A DNA stretch of 63,611 bases, filler included, from Octopus bimaculoides (Eukaryota), in NCBI RefSeq assembly GCF_001194135.2. It is 9 parts of 9 records of this genome, joined end to end, with 100 filler letters (N's around TTAATTAATTAA, not from the genome) between each part and the next. Parts side by side here need not be neighbours in the genome. Positions count along the whole stretch, not along the records: positions 43,792 to 53,393 come from NC_069004.1; positions 53,494 to 57,899 come from NC_068989.1; positions 58,000 to 60,895 come from NC_068984.1; positions 60,996 to 62,428 come from NW_026331035.1; positions 62,529 to 63,611 come from NW_026390678.1; 4 more parts are not named here. One strand, given 5' to 3'. The notes beneath the pieces are model-generated. The model was not told where the DNA came from. It was given only the letters and a program-made list of their open reading frames with translations, and did not search any database. Of this stretch, positions 52,282-63,611 are shown one piece after another (position 1 is the stretch's first letter; every line of letters starts with the position of its first letter). The translations under genes and the position numbers were made by a program.

Positions 52282-53393
52282 TGGTGAGCGGAGTGCTACC
52301 TCTGATGGCGGTGGTGCAGCTGACGAAGGGAAAAGTTAGACCGGTGCTGGACTTTAGGGAGCTGAACGAACATATATCGTGCCACACGGGAGGCGAGGCA
52401 ACGGACGTTTGCGGTGAGACGTTACGTGTGTGGAGACAGTCGACCAAGGCAGCGATGATCGTCGACTTGAAGTCGGCATATTTTGCAGCTCCGTGTGAGT
52501 AACAAGCTGTGGCGATATCAGCTGGTGCGGTACAAGGGCCGGACGTACTGTTTAACCAGGCTGGGTTTCGGGCTGAATTCCCCTCCAAAAATCAGGGCAA
52601 TGGTGCTCAAGTCAATCCTAGGGAAAGAGGAGAAGATAAAGAAGGCCATCAGTTCCTACATCGACGACATTTTGGTTGATGAGACTGTAGTACCAGCCAC
52701 CGAGGTAGTGAGACACATGGAGAGGTTCAGGCTGATTGCGAAGCCGCCAGAGTCGATGGTGGGGGGAGCTGCGCTGGGGCTGAAACTACGAAGAGACAGA
52801 TTGGGTGAGCTGGTATTCCGGATAGGAAACGAGATCCCAGAGCTGAGTTCCAGCGTCAGCAGGAGAGAGTTGTTCTCGGTTTGTGGGAAGTTGGTTGGAC
52901 ACAACCCGATCGCTGGATGGCTGCGCACAGCGTGCAGTTACACCAAGAGACGAGCAGAGAGGAAGAGTTGGGGTGATAAGGTGGGAGAGGCGTCGGTGGC
53001 GATGATGCGGGAAATCCTAGAGAGGACGAGAGCGGAAGACCCAGTTAGGGGGAACTGGTATGTGCCCAAGACGGAATGCGGGACGGTTTGGTGTGATGCT
53101 AGCAGTATAGTGATAGGGGTTGTGTAGGAGATTGAAGGTGCTGAAGTGGAGGATGCGGCCTGGCTACGGAAAGCGGACGACTTCAACCACATCAATGTCG
53201 CCGAACTAGATACGGTGCTGAAAGGGGTGAACTTATCCCTGAGATGGGGGCTGCGCTCGATCGAGATCCAGACGGATTCGGCCACCGTGGTCGGCTGGGT
53301 AGGAACAGTGATTACCAGTGAGAAAAGAGTCCGGATGAAAGGTACCGCGGAGATGTTGGTGAAACGCCGCCTAGGAGTTCTAGGAGAGCTGAT
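52282..53393 (+). pseudogene. Retrotransposon pol: reverse transcriptase and RNase H, with a frameshift and an in-frame stop
   Basis: KGKVRPVLDFRELN, VDLKSAY, YCLTRLGFGLNSPP, YIDD (52657-52668), VWCDASS, HINVAELDTVLKG and TDSATV; stop at 53125-53127. Confidence 0.88.
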
Positions 53394-54572
53394 NNNNNNN
53401 NNNNNNNNNNNNNNNNNNNNNNNNNNNNNNNNNNNNNTTAATTAATTAANNNNNNNNNNNNNNNNNNNNNNNNNNNNNNNNNNNNNNNNNNNNCCCAAAG
53501 AAAAGCTCTACATTGTAATTTGTCCATTTTCTGTATTTAGCCCTGTGTGGCTATAATAAAAAGATATCTATCTATCTATCTATCTCTTTATCTCTCATCT
53601 ATCTATCTATCTATCTATCTCTCATCTATCTATCTATCTATCTATCAATCTATCTATCTATCTATCAATCTATCTATCTATCTATCAATATATGCGTGTA
53701 TGGTTGTATGTATCTGTGTGTGTGTGTGTGTGTGTGTGTATTTGCATGCGTGCATTCGTGTGTGAATTCAAACTCAAGATCTAACACAGGAATATGAAAT
53801 TACAATTTTTTTTTACCTTTTCCTCAGAACCTAAACTCAAAATACCGCTAATGGTTGGTTAACAATTAACAATAATATGCATATACCCATGCACACACGG
53901 ACACAGACACACATACACACACACACACACACACTTATAGGATACACATACGCGCCTACATAAACACGCATACTCACAGAGAATCCCTTTGACGTCATGG
54001 CAAGGATATCATTATTTCGCTACTTACATTGGTTACAGCATGCCACCATTTTCAAAGCCCAGTAACGTGTAGATAATATCCGTTAATGTAAATAGATCCA
54101 AACATTTAGAAACAACAGATATTTTCAGACACTGCATGAAGACAAAATGATGCAACGCTGCCAGTTGCCTGACATTTGATACAAGCGCGTTGCTGTGTGG
54201 CAGCCAGAAGCGATATAGATATTTTGAACGAAAGAAACGGAAAACAAATCTTATGCTGTATGAATGAAGTTGAGCAAATTAGGAATACAGTGTTTCTTAA
54301 CAAGGGTAAGGTAAGAATGGCACAAATTAAGGTTTATTGTATAGTCGATTATAACAAACAATATAAAGTGTACTAATTCTGACGATTAGATACGCCTGGT
54401 GGGTAAATTCGTCGGCAGGAGTGAGACTCCATCTCAGGTCCTAAAGGGATGCTGCAAAGTATTGCAAACGTTCTACTTATTTTGCTAACAGATGACTTTA
54501 CCTTCGGTTTCAATGTAATGAATGTCAGAATGTAAAACAACGTCAGAACAGCACATGCACGCAGGTTTGTAT

Positions 54573-54634
<62 letters not shown>

Positions 54635-55525
54635 NNNNNNNNNNNNNNNNNNNNNNNNNNNNNNNNNNNNNNNNNNNNNNNNNNNNNNNNNNNNNNNNNN
54701 NNNNNNNNNNNNNNNNNNNNNNNNNNNNNNNNNNNNNNNNNNNNNNNNNNNNNNNNNNNNNNNNNNNNNNNNNNNNNNNNNNNNNNNNNNNNNNNNNNNN
54801 NNNNNNNNNNNNNNNNNNNNNNNNNNNNNNNNNNNNNNNNNNNNNNNNNNNNNNNNNNNNNNNNNNNNNNNNNNNNNNNNNNNNNNNNNNNNNNNNNNNN
54901 NNNNNNNNNNNNNNNNNNNNNNNNNNNNNNNNNNNNNNNNNNNNNNNNNNNNNNNNNNNNNNNNNNNNNNNNNNNNNNNNNNNNNNNNNNNNNNNNNNNN
55001 NNNNNNNNNNNNNNNNNNNNNNNNNNNNNNNNNNNNNNNNNNNNNNNNNNNNNNNNNNNNNNNNNNNNNNNNNNNNNNNNNNNNNNNNNNNNNNNNNNNN
55101 NNNNNNNNNNNNNNNNNNNNNNNNNNNNNNNNNNNNNNNNNNNNNNNNNNNNNNNNNNNNNNNNNNNNNNNNNNNNNNNNNNNNNNNNNNNNNNNNNNNN
55201 NNNNNNNNNNNNNNNNNNNNNNNNNNNNNNNNNNNNNNNNNNNNNNNNNNNNNNNNNNNNNNNNNNNNNNNNNNNNNNNNNNNNNNNNNNNNNNNNNNNN
55301 NNNNNNNNNNNNNNNNNNNNNNNNNNNNNNNNNNNNNNNNNNNNNNNNNNNNNNNNNNNNNNNNNNNNNNNNNNNNNNNNNNNNNNNNNNNNNNNNNNNN
55401 NNNNNNNNNNNNNNNNNNNNNNNNNNNNNNNNNNNNNNNNNNNNNNNNNNNNNNNNNNNNNNNNNNNNNNNNNNNNNNNNNNNNNNNNNNNNNNNNNNNN
55501 NNNNNNNNNNNNNNNNNNNNNNNNA

Positions 55526-55533
55526 AGCCCGTC

Positions 55534-55584
<51 letters not shown>

Positions 55585-55740
55585 TTTGTGTCTATGGCAG
55601 TACCCCATTACCGCTTGACAGTCGATTTTAGGATTTTTACGTCCTCGTAATTTAGCGTTTCGGCAAAAGAAAGCGATAGAATAAATCCTGGGATTGATTT
55701 GTTCGATTAAAATGATTTCAAGGTGGTGTCCCAACGAAAG
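55526..55740 (+). mobile_element. SINE family A, 3' half
   Basis: aagcccgtcgtatatg(tg)n ... gcttgacagtcgat ... ttcggcaaaagaaagcgatagaataa ... aaggtggtgtccca. Confidence 0.75.
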
Positions 55741-56590
55741 AAAACATTGAGCGATAAGTTAATTATGATTTTATTCAACATATTTCCCTCTCAGATTCCC
55801 ACACTTTTTGCAGCGGTCCTGCAGTTTCTCTAAGCCCTGTAAAAGAACGCGGACGGTTTGGCCTTCAACCCGGCCTTTCGTGATACCATTATGTTATGTC
55901 TCAAGCTACTGCTATCTAGCACCTTCGGATGATCTCTACTCAACCGCTAAACGGCAGCTACTCAACTGTCAGTCCACCGTCAGTCAACTGCTACCACACT
56001 CAGACTACCTCTATTTATATGTCTTGGTCGAGCCTACTTCTTCGCTTGGGGGCATCGACACAACACATTAAACCAGGAACTTTTCAGAACCCCTCGTATA
56101 TGTTCTATTGGATTAACGTTGGTGCTTAGAGGAGCCAATTTCTAAGTTTTGATTCTGTTAATTATTTGTTCAGGCTTTCCTAAACTTGATTTTCCCAGTT
56201 ATAATGGTATCACGAAAGGCTGGGTTGGCGGCCCAGACTTCTGAGTTCTTTTACAGCGCTTAGAAAAACCATAAGACGGCTGCAATAACTGTGGGCATCT
56301 GAGAGGGGAATATGTTGAATAAAATCATAAGCCTGGCTGGTTGTATGGAGATCAATTTGATTGGCTGACAAATCTGAGCTTGTTTTATTGAAGATCAATT
56401 AAATGCCCCCAAATACTGTGAAATACTTGAGACGTTTCTACTACACAACAATTTCGATGTACGAATTGATAAGAAGAACCAGCATAAGATGGAGTCCCAT
56501 GCCATATAAAGTAAAGTTATGAAAACATGAGAAATAATACAGTTCTATATTTAAGAGATGAGGAATTATGTACATTATTTATATTATTTA

Positions 56591-57165
<575 letters not shown>

Positions 57166-57237
57166 AAGAAATAATTCGCAAAATCAAAACTCTGAAATTG
57201 GTTCTTCTAAGCACCAATGTTAATCCAATTGAACATG

Positions 57238-57457
57238 TACGAAAGGGTACTGAAAAGTTTCTGGTTTTAATGGCCTCACTAAAGGCCGGGTTGGAAGCCC
57301 AACCTACCGAGTTCTTCCACAGGGCTCAGAAAACCTGTAAGACTGCTGCAATCAGTGTGGAAGTCCGAGGGGTGACTATGTTTAATTAAATCATAATTAA
57401 CTGATCATCCTGTATTATCTTTAATCCAAAGCCAGGAACTTTTAGCAATAACACGTA
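57238..57457 (+). mobile_element. Mariner-derived non-autonomous element
   Basis: TA-bounded TIR-like ends tacgaaagggtactgaaaagtttctgg / ccaggaacttttagcaataacacgta; a related TIR ccaggaacttttcagaacccctcgta lies at about 56073-56098; internal sequence resembles a transposase C-terminus. Confidence 0.6.
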
Positions 57458-58074
57458 TGGGAACATCATTTTAGAAGCTTGTGAGTAGGATGAGCGAAAA
57501 TACATCAAATACTGAACAACACTGAAACAATTATTCACCGAAGAGAGGCTACATACTGCACATTCTGTCATTCATAATTTAATCAAATCCTTATTTAATT
57601 GGTTTAAATTGTATTATTGGCTAAAAGACAGCCTAGAAACACTAAGAGAAAATTTGGGGTTTGGACAAATTTTTAAATAAAATTTTTATGGTAAAATTAA
57701 TGTTGCATTTTATTACTCCACTTCATGTAAGCCAATGAATATACATACGTATACACAACCATAAACATCACGCCGCACACATATAATTCACACACACAGA
57801 CACACATATACATTATATAGAATATGTATTATATATAATACCATATATATGAATGTATATATATAGATATATATATATATTATATATATATATATATATN
57901 NNNNNNNNNNNNNNNNNNNNNNNNNNNNNNNNNNNNNNNNNNNTTAATTAATTAANNNNNNNNNNNNNNNNNNNNNNNNNNNNNNNNNNNNNNNNNNNNA
58001 GAAGAAGAAGAAGAAGAAGAAGAAGAAGAAGAAGAAGAAGAAGAAGAAGAAGAAGAAGAAGAAGAAGAAGACTG

Positions 58075-59258
58075 AAGCTATCAACACTTGAGCAGTTCCA
58101 TGACTTAGATATGGAGCGGGGGTAATCGCATGGACAACTTACTCAGGAAGACAAGGAAGTCGCTGACTAGATATGGGATACTCCATCCAACAAGTGACAC
58201 AAACAGACTGTAAGTACCAAGAAAAAGAGGTGGAAGAGGACTTATTGGATGCGAGCACAGCATTAAAGCAGAAGAAAACAACATAGCATGGTATGTAAAA
58301 AGTGCCACAGAACCGCTATCATAAGAAATAAGAAGGTCAGGCTTGTGTAGGATGAAAGATTTCGAAGATAAAGCACTGTACAAGCAATTGAAAACGAATG
58401 AAACTGAAAATAGGTCGGTAAAGAAAAGAATGCATGGACAATTTCATAGGAATGTTGAAGATAAGACAGACAGAGAAAAAAGATGGCTGTGGATGACTAA
58501 AAGTAATTGAAAACTGGAAACAGAAGCTCTAATTTGTGCTGCCCAAGAGCAAGCGCTAAGAACAAATTATATAAAATACAGATTAGACAACACATCAGAA
58601 AGTGATAATTACAGAATTTGTGGACAAAATGGTGAAACCGTATGGCATATTACCAGTTATTGTACGCCACTAGCCCAGAAAGAATATAAGAGACGCCACG
58701 ACAATATAGGAATGCTTGTCTATTGGACACTTTGCAACAAGTATGGACTTGACAGAACAAAAAATTGGTACGACCAGAAACGCGAAGGCATCATCGAAAA
58801 TGATAATGCAAAGATCCTGCGGGATTTTATGATTCAGTGCGTCCATGAAATAGAAAATAGGAAGCCAGACACAGTCTTGATTAAGAAAGAAAGCAAACAA
58901 TGCTGGATCAGAAATATAGCATGCCCAGCTGACAACAAGGTATGCGATAAGGAAGAAAGAAAATTCGATAGATATAACAGGTTAGCTTGGGACGTTTAGC
59001 AGTTGTGGTCGATGAAAAAAGTGGAAATAGTACCAATAATTGTCGGAGCCCTGGGAACAGTGAGTAAAAATCTTGAGAAGTACATTGAACAAATAAGAGC
59101 TGCAATAAGGGTGGAGCACTTGTAGAAAACAGTACAGCTTGGAACCGCTTGAATACTCCGGATGGTGCTCGAAAAATAAGGGGTGTTACCTCAATTCACT
59201 GGTAGTGAACAGCTGGCACCATAGTACATCTCCAGCGTTAAAAGCTGTGCAAAGACAA
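58075..59258 (+). mobile_element. 5'-truncated R4/Dong-type non-LTR retrotransposon (RT C-terminus, CCHC knuckle, RLE), pseudogenised, ending in (TAA)n
   Basis: RKRGGRGLI, KRMHGQF, ETEALICAAQEQALRTN, (Y)RICGQNGETVWHITSYC, RRHDN, NRKPD, IACPAD..KEERKFDRY and IVPIIVGALG; several stops. Confidence 0.85.
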
Positions 59259-59260
59259 TA

Positions 59261-59324
<64 letters not shown>

Positions 59325-60234
59325 NNNNNNNNNNGAAGAAGAAGAAGAAGAAGAAGAAGAAGAAGAAGAAGAAGAAGAAGAAGAAGAAGAAGAAGAAGAA
59401 GAAGAAGAAGACTATTTAAAATATATCAAACAGTTATGCGCGGAAACATAGCTACCACAAAAAAAATAGAGGTGATTTCCGATCTATCAGCCTACGGTAT
59501 GATAAATATATCCATTCGAAGAACAAAGAAGCAGTGTCAGATCAAAAAGTCAACTCTGAACAAACAGACCCGTCTCCTATTATCACTGTTAATGCTTTAA
59601 TGACAAGGACCATTTCACTCAATGAGGAACCAGACTGGGGTCGAAACGTCTGCTGCTGGAACAAACTCTCAACAACAAAAAAACCGATTTGCTAGTTAAC
59701 CAAATCCAGGATAACCCTAACCCTAGATCTGTAGCGACACTACCAAAAACATCACCTAAAGCAAAATGCATAAAATGGAATAGAGAGGATTATAGACACG
59801 CGCGCACGCATCCCTTTCTATACAGCCCAACTCAACCCAAACAATAATCTCATAGTACAAACTTACATTTCATGGAGAAACTTAGTAGGCAATGGAGTAC
59901 GCAGATATATAGATGACAAGTACTGCCCACGTCCTCAGAAAAACAGTATACATTAGAATGTCTGTGTTGCAGTACATGAAGATATTTCGCTACTTAAACT
60001 CTCCAAGCTTTCAGTCATAGTGTAACATCTCTTATCCTTCACTCACCCCAGGACGCTGGGTGTGTCTCGGCAAGTGACTGTAACAAACATGCAGATCAAA
60101 AGTAAATAACAATAATAATAATAATAATAATAATAATAATTTCAAACATAGAAATAAGGCCAGAAATTGGGGCAAGAGGAACGGTCAATTATATGGACTC
60201 CACCATTCGACGGATACTTTAACCACCTCTATCA

Positions 60235-60675
60235 CTATTACCATGATCATCAGCAACATCATACGCCCCACTACCACCATCATCAGCACCATCATTATCA
60301 CCATCATTATGACTGTCACCATCACCACCACCACCATCATCATCATCAGCAGCAGCAGCAGTAGCAGCAACACTGACATCATCATCTATGTCGATATCAC
60401 GATCTTCATCATCATCATCAACAACAAAAACAACAACACTACCACCACCATCATCATCAACATAATGAACTTCATCCTCATCGTCATCATCATCATCATC
60501 ATTAACATCATCATCATTAACATCATCATCACTAAAACCACTACCCCATCGCCATTACTATCCTCTTCATCATCTCCACTATTACCACCACTACCATTAC
60601 CACTACCACCATTACCACCACCACCATTACCACCACCACAATTAACATCATCATCATCGTCGTCGTCGTCATCAA
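60235..60675 (+). repeat. Low-complexity (CAT/CAC/CAA/CAG)n trinucleotide mosaic
   Basis: Directly visible; explains the His/Thr/Ile-rich ORFs. Confidence 0.9.
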
Positions 60676-60995
60676 AATATCTTTTAATCATTTAAAATCC
60701 TTCCCCATCCGTTTCTTTGTTCTCTAAATTTGTTATAAATCCCCGAGACGTATAAATATTTGTTATCCGGGATTAAATATTTCTGTTGGAGGTGAGTGAG
60801 TGTATGTGTGACGGTGAGTGTGTGTCTGTGTGTATCTGAACAAATATATATTCGTGTGGACGTGTATGTGTATGTATATTTATATATATATATATNNNNN
60901 NNNNNNNNNNNNNNNNNNNNNNNNNNNNNNNNNNNNNNNTTAATTAATTAANNNNNNNNNNNNNNNNNNNNNNNNNNNNNNNNNNNNNNNNNNNN

Positions 60996-61026
<31 letters not shown>

Positions 61027-62529
61027 TATACATCATTTGTGTGTCTATAATAGAGATATACAGATAATTTACATTATATATACACAGATGCTGTATATTA
61101 TATATCATACTACATCATTTGATACATGTAATATATAAATATTGTATATAGGCAATATATTGATACCACAATACATAGAGCATACCACAGATAACATAAT
61201 ATGTATGTATGTATATATATATAAATACACACATGTCGCAAAACACATGAAGTATATTACAGCATTAGAATATTTGATAATATCACATATTACACGTTAA
61301 AGACATGCATAGCTTACACAGCATTCACACACATTTCATGGCATGTACATATTACACAAATTATGACTAACACACATTACATCTTACACAAACATTTCAC
61401 ATCATGTACAGATAGAGCATCACATGCACACATATTTATGCATACATTACTGAATGATTCAAATGCAAACAGCAGATCATCACATCCAAACGCACACACC
61501 CCCACCCACACTGGCATACCATCACACACACTCAGAGTATTTCTCACACACAGAGTATAGCACTTCATCACATACACCCATTCATCACATCACAAATAAA
61601 AGTGCACACAGCACATCACATGTAGCACATACAATCACGCACAGCACAGAAAACATTATCTCAAACACACATACATACACACAGCATACACAAACACATC
61701 ATCTCACAAGCATACATACAGACAACGCATCACAAATACATACAACACATCACAATAATCTAACAACTACACACACAGCATTTCATCTCACACACACAAT
61801 ACATTATCGCATACACACAACCACACACACATTCAGCACNNNNNNNNNNATACACACAACCACACACACATTCAGCACATCACACATGCATACATTACAA
61901 ACATCATACAAACATGAACACTACACAGCAACATATACATACACATATATAAATTATACAATGTCATACATAGATTACATGATATCATGCACAAATACAT
62001 AACACAATATCAAAACATACATTATATGATATCAACTACACATGAAATATAATAACACATACTCATGTTATATACCATACACACTTTTATATGTTCATAT
62101 ATTACGTAATATACATATGTTATACAATATCATAGTTATATATTGTACCATATACATACACAAAGGTGTACTGCAGCACACATCTACACCATGTATAGCA
62201 TACAATATACAGCCTTATATGTACATACATAACACATTAGCGCCTCTGTGCATAAACTATGAAACAGCATACATTACACAATATCAGCATACACATACAC
62301 TGCATGATAGCTATACATACAATATCACTCACTCATGTTATATATCATACACACTTTTATATATACATACATTATATAATATCATACATTCACATTAAAA
62401 TATATACATACATTATATATCTTAGTCANNNNNNNNNNNNNNNNNNNNNNNNNNNNNNNNNNNNNNNNNNNNTTAATTAATTAANNNNNNNNNNNNNNNN
62501 NNNNNNNNNNNNNNNNNNNNNNNNNNNNT

Positions 62530-63611
62530 AGATAAATAAATAAATATACATATAAATAAATATATAGATAAATAAATAGACGTATATAAATAAATATTTA
62601 TATATAAATAAAGAAAAATATATATAAATAAATATATAAATAAATAAATATATAAATAAATAAAATTATATAAATATATAAATAAATATATCAAAAAATT
62701 AATAAAAATATAAATAAATACAGATATATATAAATAAATACATGTATATAAATAAATATATATATATAAATAAATATATATATAAGTAAATAAGTAAATA
62801 AATAAATATATATATAAATAAATATGTAAATAAATAAATAGATATATAAATAAATATATATAAATAAATATATATATATAAATAAATATATATATAAATA
62901 AATACATAAATATATAAATAAATAATTAAATAAATGTATAAACAAATAAATATATAAATAAACAGATAAATATATAAACATATATATATATGAATAAATA
63001 AATATATATAAATAAATAAAGATATATATAAATAAATATATAAAAAAAATAAATATATAAATGAATATATAAATAAATAAATATATAAATAAACAGATTC
63101 CACTCCTACGCCTATATATATATATATATATAAATAAATATATAAAAAAATTAACAAAAATATAAATAAATACAGATATATATATAAATAAATATATATA
63201 AGTAAATAAGTAAATAAATAAATATATATATAAATAAATACATAAAAATATAAATAAATAATTAAATAAATGTATAAACAAATAAATATATAAATAAACA
63301 GATAAATATATCAACATATATATATATGAATAAACAAATATATATAAATAAATATATATATAAATAAATATATATTAATAAATATATAAATAAATAAATA
63401 TATATAAATAAATATATATAAATAAATAAATATATATATAAATAAATATATAAATACATAAATATATAAAAAAATAAATATATAAATGAATATATAAATA
63501 AATAAATATATAAATAAACAGATTAATATATAGATATATATATATATATGAATAAAAATATAATATATATATATATAAATAAATAAATATATATATAAAT
63601 AAATAAATATA
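62530..63611 (+). repeat. Nearly pure A/T satellite (AAAT/ATAT units) with higher-order repeats
   Basis: Block aaataaattaaataaatgtataaacaaataaat...aaacagataaatatat recurs at about 62920 and 63255. Confidence 0.85.

Noticed and set aside
55805-55865. Twister-ribozyme-like words (TGCAGC, GGTCCT, AAGCCC)
   Set aside because: An 11-nt insertion breaks the L4 spacing, the pseudoknot partner is not in place, and the second copy at about 26612 lacks AAGC.
61811-61878. 29-bp direct repeat across a 10-N gap
   Set aside because: Typical overlap of contig ends; likely an assembly artefact.

Overview
AT-rich, microsatellite-dense animal DNA with many N gaps. The repeat content (tRNA-headed SINEs, RTE-type tails) suggests a cephalopod, probably Octopus; this is inference from pattern recognition, not a database hit. 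Only one host exon is well supported: a + strand RING-H2 exon of a goliath/RNF130/RNF150-type E3 ligase (3887-3983). Several weaker exon candidates occur on both strands. The rest is mostly decayed mobile DNA: at least four SINE families, a CR1-type LINE 3' end, two R4/Dong-type (RLE) LINE fragments, mariner/Tc1 relics, two hAT MITEs with 8-bp TSDs, a Penelope GIY-YIG relic, a frameshifted Helitron Rep-helicase (45.5-49.1 kb, - strand) and a decayed LTR retrotransposon (50.6-53.4 kb). No intact long ORF, no CRISPR array and no rRNA or true tRNA gene was found. The most notable observations are a minimal Penelope-type hammerhead ribozyme in an inverted repeat (about 57.08 kb), a 214-bp foldback hairpin (37.9-38.1 kb), a 3' tail shared between the CR1 LINE and the dominant SINE, and a CpG-density step near 12.7 kb. 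All alignments and counts were done by eye.
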